Positions 18,431 to 30,318 of a DNA stretch of 64,000 nucleotides are shown one piece after another. A model generated the notes under the pieces. It saw nothing but the letters and a program-made list of their open reading frames with translations, was not told the DNA's origin and made no database searches. The stretch comes from an uncultured Chloroflexia bacterium (lineage in GTDB: Bacteria > Chloroflexota > Limnocylindria > Limnocylindrales > CSP1-4), in NCBI GenBank assembly GCA_963736895.1, contig CAVTQU010000008.1, forward strand, positions 324,345-388,344. Reading direction: 5' to 3'. Each line of letters starts with the position of its first letter. Within the stretch, counting starts at the first letter, position 1. Both the position numbers and the translations under genes were made by a program.

Positions 18431-20119
18431 CGGAGGCACTCCTCGGCGATGACGAACACGGCCGCAGGCATCTCGCCGTCAGGTGCGTTGATCGGCTGGA
18501 AGCAGCTCGACTGGCCGTTGGCGAGCGCCGCCGGGTAGTCGCCGCGCTCCTCGACGACCACGACAGAACCGGCACCGAAGCGCCGCGCCACCTCGAGCAC
18601 GGTCTCGACCGGCTCGTCGGGGAGTGCCAGCGTTGAGCGGCCGACCGCATCCGAGAGCCAGATCGGCCGGTCGGTGATGATCGGCGCCGCCGGATCCACG
18701 CCCGCGGCATTCAGGGCGGCAGGAACCTCGCCCGCGAGCTGGAGCATGGTCCGCTGGTCGGCGTGCGCCTCGCGTGTCGCGGAGCATGATCTGGAACAGA
18801 GCGAGCGGCACGGTCAGCGCGATCAGCGCGGCCGGGGCCATCCAGCCGTTCTGACGCTCCCAATCGCGCCTGCGTACGAGCCATGCCACGAACGCGTCGC
18901 CACCGAAGACGGCGGCCACGATCAGGCCGACCAGCAACGGTCCCGATGCGTGCTCGAAGGTGCCCCACAGGGTTGCGACAGGAAACAGGACGCTCGTCGC
19001 GACGAGGGTGAGCGCTCCCGAAACGAGCAGCGCTGCCAGGGTTCCGAAGCGGACGTCGCGGGGAAGCTGTCGGCGGTGCCAGACGGCCGCGCCGATCGCC
19101 AGCACCCCGACAGCGACTACCGGCGCCGCGGGCACGAGCAGCACGTCGACGACGTTGTGCCAGAACGCGGCTGCCACGTTGGCGAGCATCTGTGGAACGC
19201 CCTGGCGCCAGGAAGCCATCGAGGCTCGGCCGGTCCAGGTACGAGTAGATCTGCTCGTTGCGCGTCAGGAAGACGTTGTCTGCCATCTGGCCGGGGAGCG
19301 GGCTGCCGAATACCGAGAGATTGCGCAGCCACCACGGAACGGCAACCACCGCGGCGATGGCGGCGACCGCCGCGACTCTCGTGAAGGCGGTGCGCCAGCG
19401 GTCGGCGGCGCGCGAGCTGGCGACCACAACGAGGCCGGCGAACGTCAGGCCCAGCCAGATTGCCTCGAAGCGGGTCAGGTAGGTCAGGCCGAGCAGAACG
19501 CCGAGTCCGATCAGCGCGCGGCGCTCGCCCGTTGCCGCGGCCGGCATCAGCAGGCACGCACCAACGGCCAGCGACGGTGAAGGTCAACGATGAGTCGGGC
19601 ACGGCCGTCGAAAGCAGGAATGGCCCGGTGACGGCGGCCAGGACGCCCGCCCCGACACTGACGAACCAGGCTCGGCGTTGCGGGAGCCCGATGCGCCGCG
19701 CGGTGTCGCGGGCGACCAGCCAGGCCATTGGTGCAAGCAGCGAGCCCAGGAGCAGGCCGGCGAACTGGGCAACGCCGAATGTCGAGCCGAAGAGCGCCAT
19801 CGGCACCGCGGCAACGAAGCTGGCCATTGGCTGCCACAGCTCAAAGGCTGGCCGCGGCAGCGTCAGCGGCGGCGTCGAGTAGCTCCAGATCGCGTCGATC
19901 AGGAGGCCGCGCCCACTCACCAGGCTGCGCGCGACGGCGGCGTAGTAGGCACTGCCCTCGGTCAACGGGAACGAGACAGACCACCGCCGCCAAGATGCGG
20001 ACGAGGAAGGCGAGCGTGTATAGGCCGACCGATACGACGGCAGCCGACTGCGCGATCCGCCATAAGCCGACGCCGGACTGCGCTCCCACGACCGGCGCCT
20101 TGACTGTCGCGACGCTCAT
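18427..20119 (-). pseudogene. GT-C fold glycosyltransferase (GT39/83, ArnT/PMT-like), >=4 frame changes
   Basis: The pieces MSVATVKAPVV.. (19841..20356 frame), TEGSAYYAAVARSLVSGRGL.. (19117..19965), ..LGLTYLTRFEAIWL.. (18711..19547), ..FWHNVVDVLLV.. (18479..19219) and the C-terminal soluble part (18427..18747) read as one polytopic protein. Junctions are near 19985, 19570, 19215 and 18775. Confidence 0.6.
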
Positions 20120-21814
20120 TGCGCGCACCGCAGGTCGGTTGAATCGAGGCAGACGGCGAACAGCGCGCCCTGCGGGAGTCGGTGGAGCCAAGCGACGCCG
20201 TGCCGTTCGTCGACGCCACTGCCGGGCCAGTCGATGAGGGCACGACGGCGACCGGCTGCGAGAGCCACGCCGGCCGCAGCTCACCGGTGAGAACGGGCTC
20301 CAGCGCGGGAACGATCGCCGACTGCTCCAGGACGAGCCAGCGGACGTCGTAGGCACGCATCGCGTCCTCGATCACCGGCAGCGGGTCGTTGGGTGTGACG
20401 ATGCCCGCTCGTCCGGTCAGATAGTTGTACGCGCCGGCATCGGCCGACATGATCCGGTCGCCAGCGGGCGCGGCGCTCAGATGAGGCAGCGAGCTGCTGC
20501 TGCACGGCGCGCGTCTCGGTCCAGTGGCGAACGGTGGTCGTGGTCTGGAGCAACGCGCCGGCGATCACCACCGCGGCGGCGCCGTACGTAAAGATGGCCG
20601 TGGCGCGACGCGACGTCCCAGGACGAGCGACGACGCGCGATCCAGCCGACGACGGCGGCGACACCGGCCGTGACGAGCAGGAACGTGTGCGGCAGCAGCG
20701 CGACGGCCGAGTGGATGAACGTGCCGAACGGAACGTGCACGGCAAAGACGAGGCCGCTCGCCGCAAAGAGCGCGACCGCGTAGACGAAGAACGGACCGAA
20801 CGCCGCGTCACGACGCCGCACCCACGCGCCGATCAGCGCGATCGGGGTCAGCACGACGACCAGCGGCATGAACGCGAACAGGCCGAGCGCGGAAAGCAGC
20901 CCGCCAATCCGGCTGGCCACGAACCCGCCGAGGCCGTTCGCGAAGAGCGTCTCCGGGCCGACCGGCGAGCTGATGCTGTACAGCTGCGAGTAGTCGCTGA
21001 TCCACAGGATGCGGCCGCTGCTGGCGGACGGAAAGAATGATCCGAACACCTCGAGCTGGCGATACATCCACGGCGCCACAGCCACGAAGAACAGCGCCGC
21101 GCAACCGACGACTGCCGCCCACGGCAGCATGACCTTGTTGCCGCGCAGCGCGCGCCACAGCTCACGGATGCCGACGAGGGCGAAGGGCAGACCCAGCAGG
21201 ACGCCGTCCGAGCGGGCCAGCGTTGCCAGGCCGACCACGAGGCCGCCGGCAACGAATGACCAGCGGTCGCCGCGCATGCCGCGGGCGCACAGCCACAGCG
21301 ACAGAGCGCCCAATGTCATGAACAGACCGAAGTTGTCGGGTTGGGACAGGAACGGGGTAAGGCCACCGGGCACGGCGACCATGACGCCGGCTGCCAGGGC
21401 GGGCCGCGAGTCGAAGCCGGCGTCCCGTCCGATCCAGTAGGTCAGCGGAGCCGCCAGGGCGCCGACGATCCAGAAAGCCAGACCAGAGCCGATCCCGCCA
21501 TTGCCGAAGATAAGCAGGAACGGCACCTGGATCACCGCCGCGAGCGGCATCCAGTGCGCATTGGAGGCGATGGGGAGAATCGGGTCTACGGGCAATCGGC
21601 CGCCTACGTCAACGAAGTTCCAGATGTAGTTCGCCGTGAACCCGAGGCCTGAGGCGAGCTGCTCGCCCACGTGCGCGTAGTAGTACGAGTCCGGGTAGGC
21701 GGGCCCCGAAAAGACGAGGCCTACCGCCGCTCGTACCACGAAAGCAGTCGCAAACAGGACTATCGGGACCATGGGCGCGGTGCAGGTTAGCAACGCTCGT
21801 CCTGCCGGCAGCAC
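20120..21814 (-). pseudogene. GT-C fold glycosyltransferase (GT39/83, ArnT/PMT-like), >=2 frame changes
   Basis: ORF 20477..21814 (PDSYYYAHVGEQLASGLGF, many TM segments) continues in the 20281..20811 and 19962..20450 frames (..AYNYLTGRAGIVTPNDP..RWLVLE..). Junctions are near 20640 and 20470. The 3' end is not resolved. Confidence 0.6.
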
Positions 21815-21898
21815 GGTACGAAAGGCCTATTCGGACCGGCGTAAGGGTACGAATGAGCCATGAGCCGCGCGCTCCGTTTTGACTAGCCTCGCGCTCGA

Positions 21899-22812
21899 AT
21901 GAGCACTTTTGCCGTCTCTTCGCGGGAGATCAGTCGCGCCACGCCCCGAGCGCCGTCGCGTGGCTGCGCCGCACGCGTCTTCCACGCGGCTGTGGTGAGC
22001 GGCCTGTCTTTGCCGCCTACCTGTTCCTGGTCGCCGCGCCCTTCAAGGGCTCGATGGCGTTCGACGTGGTCTCCTACTGGCGTCTCGATCTCGCCGATAT
22101 CTATCACGGGCGCGTGGGCGACCTCGGCTTCTTCCCGTATTCACCGGCAATTGCGTTGCTCTTCGCACCGTTCGCCGCGTTGCCGTGGATCGTCTTCGTC
22201 TCCGGCTGGTACGCGATCCTGGTCGGTGCCCTCGTCTTCATGGGCCGTCGCTACACGCTCGCACTCCTGGCGATCCCCTTTGTCGCCGTCGATCTCTATC
22301 ACGGCAACCTCCACCTGCTGATCGCCGCGGCGATCGTCCTGGGCTTCAGGTACCCCGCCGCTTGGGGGTTCGTGGTGCTGACAAAGGTCACCCCCGGAAT
22401 CGGTCTCCTCTGGTTCGCCGTTCGCCGCGAGTGGCGCTCGTTGGGTATCGCGCTCGGCGCGACGGCCGTGGTCGCAGCGGTGACGTTCGTGCTGCTTCCA
22501 AGTCAGTGGATCGCCTGGATCAACGTCCTGATCGACAATGCCGGCACGCCGCCGCCTTGGCCGGCCCTGCCGATTCCGCTGTGGGTGCGCCTGCCGGCCG
22601 CGGCCCTGATCATCGTCTGGGGAGCTCGCCGCGATGCTCGGTGGGTCGTTCCGGTGGCGGCCGCAATCTCCGTCCCGGCACTGTGGCCGGGCGCCTTCGC
22701 CATGGTCGCCGCGAGCTGGGCACTGCGCCGCGTCCCCGCCGATCAGGAGCGCGGCTACCATGCGGCGGATGTCGGACAGTCACGGGGAGAATCAGAGCCC
22801 GCCACGACCTAG
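21899..22812 (+). pseudogene. DUF2029/GT87-like membrane protein, one frame change near the 5' end
   Basis: ORF 22054..22812 is hydrophobic throughout, and its frame stays open upstream (VFAAYLFLVAAPFKGS) without a start codon. ATG 21899 in another frame supplies an N-terminus. The junction is near 22005. Confidence 0.5.
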
Positions 22813-23575
22813 CGTCACCCTCGTACTGCCGGCTTACAACGAATCGGAACGTATCGGCCCCGCGCTCGACGAGCTGTTCGCCTATCTCAACGGACGCGCC
22901 CAGGAGCGTCAGTCCGGCCGGCCGGCACGCGACATGGGTCCCGTCGAGGTGCTGGTCGTCGACGACGGGAGCGACGACGACACTGCGGCGATCGTGGAGG
23001 CGCGGCCCGAGACGAAGGCGACCAAGCGCCCGACACTCCGCCTGCTCCGCGAGCGCCACACCGGCAAGGGTGGAGCCGTCAGCGCGGGAATGCTTGCCGG
23101 CACCTCGGACTACATCCTCTTCGCGGATGCCGACCTGGCGACGCCGGCCGATCAGCTGCCGTTGCTGACCGATGCGCTGGCCACGAACGACATCGCCCTG
23201 GGCAGCCGAGTCCATCCTGATGGCAGCGATCGCAGGAGCACGCAGCCGCGCCACCGACGCGCGCTGGGCAAGGTCTTCCACACCCTCGCGGCGTTCTGGG
23301 TGACGGGACCGGTGCCGGACACGCAGTGCGGTTTCAAGGGTTTCACGCGGGAAGCGGCACAGGACCTGTTTGCGCGTCAGAAGATCGGCAGCATCGTCTT
23401 CGATGCCGAGATCATCCACCTCGCCCGGCGCCGCGGCTACAAGATGGCGATCGTCCCGGTCCAGTGGTCGGACAAGCGCGGCTCACGAATGAGGGTCCGA
23501 CCGACGCTGGCGTTGCGAGTCATGTTCGACCTCATCCGGATCCCGATCATCCACCGGGGCGTGCGGCGCAGATAA
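22760..23575 (+). CDS. GT2 glycosyltransferase, polyprenol/dolichol-phosphate sugar synthase-like
   Basis: VTLVLPAYNESERI, VLVVDDGSDDDT, FADADLATP and QCGFKGF are GT2 (DPM1/GtrB-like) motifs. ATG 22760 follows GGAG. Confidence 0.8.
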   Translation: MRRMSDSHGENQSPPRPSVTLVLPAYNESERIGPALDELFAYLNGRAQERQSGRPARDMGPVEVLVVDDGSDDDTAAIVEARPETKATKRPTLRLLRERHTGKGGAVSAGMLAGTSDYILFADADLATPADQLPLLTDALATNDIALGSRVHPDGSDRRSTQPRHRRALGKVFHTLAAFWVTGPVPDTQCGFKGFTREAAQDLFARQKIGSIVFDAEIIHLARRRGYKMAIVPVQWSDKRGSRMRVRPTLALRVMFDLIRIPIIHRGVRRR

Positions 23576-23598
23576 CGGCTAGAGTGCGCTAACCCCTC

Positions 23599-24769
23599 GT
23601 GCACGCCACTTCGGTTATTCCAACAGCCAACTCGCTGGCCGCTCGCCACGTGACGTTCGACGCTATCCCGCGGGCTGACTGGGACAGGCTCCTCGCCGCC
23701 ACATCCGCGGCCACGCCGTTCTCGCGCTGGACCTTCCACCGGGCCTGGTGGGACGCGTACGGCACCACCGCCCACGACAGCTACCTGGTGGTCTGCGCGC
23801 CCGGTTCCGATCTGATCCGCGGGATCGTCCCGCTCATGTATCGACACGAGGTCGAGCCGGAGGATCTGCCCACCCACACGGTGGTGCGCGAGCACAACGC
23901 CGATGTGCGAGGTGGTGCCCGACGAGGCGAGAGCGTTCATGTTCGGGGCGAGCTACCACGTCGGACTACGCAACCGTTCTCGCGGCCGACGAGGATCTCC
24001 AGGCAGTCTGTGCGGCCGCGGCACAGGCGTTTGTGCAGCCACAGGACCGCTTTGACGGTGATCTCGCGTGGGACGTCATTGACCTGCGTCGTCTCCGCGA
24101 GGTCGACCAGAGCCCTACCGGCGTTCGACTCGGCACTGCAGGCGATCGCGACGACCGTCGGCGGGGCGGTGATCCGGGAGCAGGAGGACGTCTGCCCTGT
24201 CGTCACTGTCAACGGCGACACGTGGGACGAGTACCTGGCGACGCTCGACAAGACGGCGCGCCATGAGATCCGGCGCAAGATCCGGCGCGCCGCGAGCGGT
24301 CGGCAACCTGTCGATCGAGATTTCCGTGCCAACGGACAAGGCGATAGATGACTTCGTGCGCCTCCACGACCTGCGTTTCGGCGAGAGCGGCCTTTTTCCC
24401 GCGAACGAGGGCGGCGCGAGAAGCCGTCGCTTCATCGCGCGTCTGGCCGAGCTGGAGCGGAGCGAAACGGATGGCGGCGTCATGCACGTGGCGCGGGTCT
24501 CGTGTGGCGAACGCCTCGTTTTCGTGCTGGTGGCCTTCGACGACGGCTCAACCAGCTACCTCTACAACGCGGGTATCGATCCCGAGGCGAAACACGCCTC
24601 ACCGGGCGTGACCGGGGTGGCGCTCTATTTCCAGGATCGGATCGATGCCGGCCGGCGGCGCTTCGACTTCCTGCGCGGCCAGGAGCGCTACAAGTACGAG
24701 TGGGGCGCCGTAGACGAGCCGATCTTCCGCGTCCTGCTGGAGCGCGAATCCGCGAAGGCGGCGGAATGA
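23599..24769 (+). pseudogene. CelD/BioF2-like GNAT-fold acyltransferase (FemAB-like), >=4 frame changes
   Basis: Conserved pieces lie in all three frames: TPFSRWTFHRAWWDAYG (23599 frame), FMFGASYH / DYATVLAADEDL (about 23930-24100), DTWDEYLATLDKTARHEIRRKIRRA, and LYNAGIDPE..FDFLRGQERYKYEWGA (24263..24769). Confidence 0.6.
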
Positions 24770-26150
24770 ACGGCAGCGACAAGAGTCGTCGTCACCGAGC
24801 TGATGGCCAGCGGCGCGGGCGGTGGCGCCCAGGTTCACGTCCAGAACCTGGTCGAACAGCTGGATCACTCGCGTTTCGACGTGGATGTGATCTCGCTCTC
24901 TGACGGACCGGCGGTCAGGCGGATCCGCGCGATCGGCACGAACGTGCACGTGGTGGACGAGGCGGACGATTCCGCCGCGCTGGCGCGAGTCCTCGCCCTT
25001 CTCGAAGCGCGTCCGGTGGACGTGCTGCACAACCACATGTTCCGCGCCGAGGTGATCGGCACGCGCGCAGCCCTGACGCTGACCGAGCTCGGCCTGCCCA
25101 AGCCGTACGTCGTCAGCACCATCCATTCGAGCCGTATTCGCAGCGAGGAAGATCGCGCACTGCTGCGCAGGCTGACGCCATCGATGGATCGGCTGATCGC
25201 GGTCAGTCGGGCGATCGTGGCGAAGCTGGTGGCCGAAGGCCGCACGCCGGCGCCTGTTGAGCTCATCTACAACGGTGTCGACCTGCAGCGTTACGACGTC
25301 ACCGAGGCTTGCTGCACGCTGCCCGAGGAGTACGGGTTCCCCGAAGGCAGCCCACTGGTGGGCGTCGTGGCCAGGCTCGAGCCGGAAAAGGGCCACGCGA
25401 CGCTTGATCGAGGCGTGGCCGTTGGTGCTGGAAAAGGTGCCCGAGGCGCGATTGCTGATCATCGGCGAGGGGTCGCAGCGCGAGACGCTCGAAGCGCAGG
25501 CCGAGGGGCTCGGTTTGCTGGGTCACGAGTGCAACGCGGACGAGTGCGTCGGGACCCGCGGCGCCCGACCGGAGGCAAAGATCCTGTTCACCGGATTGCG
25601 CGACGACATTCCGGCGGTCACAGCCGCGCTGGACGTCGCTGTACTGCCGTCGTATCGCGAGGCACAGGGCCTGGCGATCCTCGAGGCGATGGCGCTGCGC
25701 CGCCCGGTGGTCGCGACGCAAGTCGGGGGAGTGCCCGAGATGATCGACAACGGCCGCAACGGCCTGCTCGTTCCGCCCCGCGACCCGGAAGCGCTGGCGA
25801 ACGCGATCGTCCGGCTGCTGACCGATCACCCACTGGCTGACATGCTCGCTCGGGCCGGGCACGACTTCGTCCACGCGAACTTCTCGGTGGAGCACATGGT
25901 CCGCGCCGTTTCTGCGATCTACGAGGAAGGCGCCGCGGTCGTCTCCCAGCGTTCGGGAGCAACCGAACCGCCGCTTGACGTCAACGCCATGATGCCGCTT
26001 CGCGTGCGAGCACATCGGTCTCGGCGGCTGCGTGCTCGACGAGTCACTCCGACGCCGGAACCGCTGACGAAGGCGCCGTCGCGCTCGTACTGCAGACCGA
26101 CCGCCAGTTCGGCGCATGCGACGACGCTCCTCGCACCGCCTGCGTGGTGA
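24766..26150 (+). pseudogene. GT4 glycosyltransferase, >=2 frame changes
   Basis: ATG 24766 overlaps the preceding stop (ATGA). The gene then shifts into ORF 24803..25840 (GGAQVHVQNL..) and, near 25395, into ORF 25257..26150 (ARLEPEKG | ..LLIIGEGSQRE..PSYREAQGLAILEAMA..VGGVPE). The true 3' end is uncertain because the tail after about 25950 looks non-coding. Confidence 0.7.
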
Positions 26151-26294
26151 GGCTGGTTTCGACGCTGCAACCGGACGAGTCCTGCGGCCTGGATCAGGCC
26201 GTCGATGGACGTGCTGAGCTGGCGCATGGTCGTGCGCAGAAGTACGGAGGATCTAGACAGGCGTGTGCCAGGCCGTGACCGTCATAGTAGGGAC

Positions 26295-26933
26295 ATGGTA
26301 AAGAACAGGTCGACTCGAAAGGTTCCATCGTCGTTTCAGGTAACGGCAGGTCGCCGGACGTGGCCGATCTGCGCCTGGGCGTAACGCTTTCGCGAGCAAC
26401 GGTCGATGAGGCGCGGGCGGACGCCGCCTCGACCATGACGGCAATCCTCACCGCGGTAGATGGTGCGGGCGTCGCCAAGAAGGACGTGCGGACGTCACTG
26501 CTATCTGTGCAGCCGCGCTACGAGTACCGGGACAACCAGCCGCCAGCAGCTGAGTGGCTACGAGCTGGCGAACGTTGTTGAGGTCACGGTCCGCAACCTG
26601 GCGCGTCTCGGCGACGTGGTCGATGGCGTTCTGAAGGCCGGCGCCACGAGCATGGACAGCCTCACGTTCCGCCTCGACGATCCGGCACCAGCCGAGCGCG
26701 AGGCGCGCATCCGTGCGATGGCAGCCGCGCGCGCCCGCGCCGACGTTCTTGCCGAGGCCGCGGGAGTGGTCATCAGTGGCGTGTCGTCGGTGATCGAGGA
26801 CGGAGCGGCCCCTCCGCCACGCCCGTTTGCGAAGGCCGAACGGATGATGGCTGCCGCGGACGCGTCGACGCCGGTCGAAACAGGCTCCTTGGAGATCGCG
26901 GTCCGAGTAACGGTCGCCTACCGCACCACGTAG
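26295..26933 (+). pseudogene. SIMPL/DUF541 family protein, about 2 frame changes
   Basis: GSIVVSGNGRSPDVADLRLGV.. and ..YELANVVEVTVRNL..LEIAVRVTVAY are SIMPL-like. ORFs 26360..26581 and 26460..26933 join near 26545. The only ATG (26295) is in a third frame. Confidence 0.6.
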
Positions 26934-26958
26934 GCGAGCCGGGCCACGAGAGGCCGAA

Positions 26959-28034
26959 TTAGGGCTTGACGGTCGCCCAGTAGCGCTCGGCGTAACCGGA
27001 GACGCCGCCGGCCAGCGCGACGCGCTTGTGGTAGCCGGCGAGGTCGTCGAGCATCTGGTCATCTGACTCGAACAATCGCTGTAGCTGCGACGGATAGACG
27101 CGCAGGCCGGCGGCCTTGCGGTCGAACTGGTCGGTGATGTCCGCGTACTGCGCCTCGATCTCAACTCCAACCGGCAGATCCAGCTGCAGCTCGTCGCTGG
27201 TCCCCGAGAAGTCCTGCCACCACGAGTACGGGAAGTCCTCGTAGAACGAGATGCAGCCCGACGAACGACGGTGCTGGCATGACCCACTGGCGCTGCTCGG
27301 CCAGCAGCGACAGGCCGACCTCGCGGCACAGCTGGTGATCGACGTGATTGCCAACCCCGAGCGGGAAGTAGACGTTCTGCGGCTCCAGCCGCAGGATCTC
27401 GCTGCGAAGTAGGTCGTAGGGCGGCAGATCGTCGTCCCGGACCTCTCCCAGCAGCTGGTCGTCGCCCTCGTAGCCGCGGTAGACCGCATCCGGCAGGTCG
27501 AGGAAGATGACCGACGCCTCGGCGAACCAGGCGTAGCGCTCCTCTTCGATCTTGCGCGTCTCCATCGCGTCCAGCGCGTCGAAGTCGACCGGGAGCATGC
27601 TGCCCTTGTCCACCGATGGAGTCGGCGACGGGTCGAAGGTCCGTCTCGTCGTTCGTGATGTTGGCCGACCGCGTCCAGGATGCGCGCTGCCAGAACTGCC
27701 GCGCCTGCGTGTTGGCCCGATCCTGGGTGACGTCGAGGCGCTCGGCATCGGCCATCCAGGGCGGGTTGCCGCCCTCGGGCGCGTCAACGGGATAGTCGGC
27801 CCCGATGTTCTCCCGGCGGAACGCCTGGGTCAGCGGCCAGTTGGCCTTCGTGCCGAAGCCGAGAGCAGCCCTCTGGTACGGGCTCAGGGTGTCGCCGTTG
27901 CCGGCTGACGCCGCGCTGCCCGAATAGACCGTGAGGATGGTCACCGTCTGGCCGAGCTCTCGCAGGCTCGCCACGAGACCGCCGCACGAGAGGGCGATGT
28001 CGTCGGGGTGGGGTGAAACGAAGACGTGAGTCAT
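26959..28034 (-). pseudogene. PIG-L/LmbE-family deacetylase, 2 frame changes
   Basis: MTHVFVSPHPDDIALSCGG (28034 frame), ..PLGVGNHVDHQL.. (27161..27787 frame) and ..FYEDFPYSWW..YPSQL.. (26959..27489 frame). Junctions are near 27600 and 27270. Confidence 0.7.
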
Positions 28035-28178
28035 CGGCGGCCGAGCATATCAGCGCCCGGGGAAGTTATGCGCGCGCTCACAGCGACCAGCCACGGAATC
28101 GACAGAAAGGCTCCCGACACTCGTTCTCAACGGGATCTCGTCAGCCATGTGAAACGAGTGGAAAAGGAGAAACCCAAA

Positions 28179-28503
28179 ATGGAAGCCCAAGAATTCGACC
28201 AGTGGGCCGGATGGCCTGCGCCGGAGCCGCCTCCGGTTAAACCGCCGTCGGACTCGCCCATGTCGCGCGTTCGCCGATATGCGGCCGCCGGACGTCCTGG
28301 CCGTCGGGTTGGTGGCGAGCGGCGTCGCGGTGGTCGCAGCGGCCAGCCCTGATCCGTCAGCGTCGCCGACGCCCCAGAGCACGTCGTCGACGAACGGCAA
28401 CGGCAGCGCCGCCAGTCCGAGCACCGGCGGACAGACCGGCACTCATGCCAACTGCCCAAAGGACCAGTCGAGCTCGTCGACTGATTCGACCACGACTCAG
28501 TAG
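28179..28503 (+). pseudogene. small membrane-anchored Ser/Thr/Pro-rich protein (hypothetical), possible frame change
   Basis: AAGGAG SD plus ATG 28179 (MEAQEFDQWAGWPAPEPPP..), joined near 28290 to ORF 28279..28503 (TM VLAVGLVASGVAVVAAA, then an S/T-rich tail). Confidence 0.35.
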
Positions 28504-28571
28504 TCCGCGCCTGGTGCGGCGGCGGCGTCAAGGTGGCGTCGTCGCCGCTTTCTGTTTCCTGCCTGTCGCTG

Positions 28572-29244
28572 CTAGCGCGTGAAGCCGTGTTCGCCCAGTA
28601 GCGGCACGAACACCGCTGCCTCCACCGGTTCCTGGGTAAAACCCTCTTCGGCTCGCCGAACGAGCGTGATGACCTGCTCGTGACGCGTTCCGATGGGTAT
28701 CACCAGTCGGCCGTCAGGAAGCAGCTGCTCAACTAGCGGCACCGGGATCTGGGGCGCAGCGGCAGCCACCAGGATTCCAGCGAACGGCGCCTCATCCGAA
28801 GCACCGGCACTGCCGTCGCCAACGCGGACGTCGACGTCGTAGCCCAGCGATTTCAGCGTTTCGTCGGCGCGCTCGGCGAGCTCAGGCTCGAGCTCGATCG
28901 ACACCACCCTCGCGCCAACCTCGGCCAGCACAGCGGCCTGGTACCCGGAACCCGTCCCGACATCGAGGACCTTGGGCGCCTCACCGTCGTGCGCAGCCCG
29001 CCACGCATCCAGCGCCAGTGCCTCGGTCATCCGCGCGACGATGTACGGCTGGCTGATCGTCTGCCCATGGCCGATGGGCAGCGCGCCGTCCTGGTACGCG
29101 GCTCGCTTGACGTCTGCCGGCACGAACTGCTCGCGTGGCACCGCAGCGCATAGCGCGCAGCACGTTCGGATCGCTGATCCCGCGCCTCTCCAGCTGGTCC
29201 GCGATCCAGTCGTAACCGTTCGACCGACGGATCCAGCGGCGCAT
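28572..29244 (-). pseudogene. pcm: protein-L-isoaspartate O-methyltransferase, one frame change near the 5' end
   Basis: ORF 28572..29141 carries the PCM core (GQTISQPYIVARM, VLDVGTGSGYQAA). The N-terminus (MRRWIRRSNGYDWIADQLERRGISDPNVLRAM) is in the 28981..29244 frame. The junction is near 29145. Confidence 0.85.
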
Positions 29245-29866
29245 GGCCTTGCCCTACGGCGATCCGGGCGAGGCCGAAGGCTGATGCCGCCGGTGACGCC
29301 GTGCGGACCGGGGTTGCGGCCGGGCTACCCGACGGCACCGGCGACAGGGGCTCAAGGTGATCGACGGCGCGACTGTCGTGCTCGGGATCGGGCTGGCGCG
29401 ACTCGCTGGGCACCGGTGATTCGGGCGGTTCAGTCGGAGGAGGGGGCGTGAGAAATCCACCACGGCCGAACAACAGTCCGTACGCAAAGATCACCACGAA
29501 GACGCCAACGATCGATCGGCCACCCAGATCTTCGAGACCTGGTCGTCAACGTATGGCAGCTCTTCGCCCTGCGCGGCGGGAGTCGTGGGCTTGGTGCCGC
29601 CTTGCCCTTGGCGGCCGCGGCGGTCGTCGCAGCCGCTGCTGCTGATGCGGCTGGGGCGACCGGCTCGTCGTCGGCGTCCTCACCGCGTCTCGTCGGCGTC
29701 TGTCGGCCAGCTCGTCATCGGAATCGTCAGCGGGCGCCGACTCATCGGCCGTCGCCTCATCGGCATCTTCTGGCTGATCCTCCGGCTCGTCGGCCGTCGC
29801 CTCGGTGGGCTGTTCGTCGGCAGCCTCAGTCTCGTCGCCCTCTTCCGGCCGCTTCGGGTCGGTCAT
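29245..29866 (-). pseudogene. acidic / Pro-rich single-TM protein (hypothetical), several frame changes
   Basis: MTDPKRPEEGDETEAADEQP.. (29546..29866), then ..KGGTKPTTPAAQGEELPYVDDQVSKIWV.. and the TM segment VIFAYGLLFG plus a Pro-rich tail in other frames. The 3' end is unresolved. Confidence 0.3.
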
Positions 29867-30268
29867 CCCAGGAATGTCCTCCTAAGTTCGATTGCCCGCA
29901 CGATCAGTCGAATGGCTGACTTCAGCCGTTCGATGCCCACGCGAGCCCCTCTGAGTGTCTGTTGCAGCTCATCCAGCGTCTGTCGGCGTGCTCGCAGGCT
30001 GACGGTCAGGTGATCGACCTGCTCGTCGAACCTTCGCATCGTCCAGAGAGTGTGTTCAATCGCCGCACCCTGTTCGGCTAATGATGCGCGCGCGATCTCG
30101 ACTCGCTGAGGTGAGCGTGAGCGCCGTTTCGTCGAGCTGATCCGCGAGCCCGGCCAGTCCGTCGCCCGCGGCGGACAGCCTCCGCAACACGAACACGGCC
30201 ACTCCAAGGATGCCCAGAGCGGCCACGACCGTGGCGATGGCAAGCGGAATCAGGTAGTCGATAAACAC
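29863..30268 (-). pseudogene. DUF948-like membrane-anchored coiled-coil protein, one frame change
   Basis: ORF 30056..30268 (N-terminal TM) and ORF 29863..30243 (coiled coil ..FDEQVDHLTVSLRARRQTLDELQQTL..) join near 30080. The stop overlaps the next ATG (ATGA). Confidence 0.45.
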
Positions 30269-30318
30269 TGCGCGCCGATTATCACAGCCGAGTGCCGCTC
30301 AAGCGTGACCAAGCGTGA

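Noticed and set aside
25919-26227. 102-aa minus-strand ORF overlapping the tail of the GT4 ORF
   Set aside because: The first ~60 codons have decent GC3 bias, but I recognise no family, SD or partner. I cannot decide between this ORF and the GT4 extension, so I did not call it.
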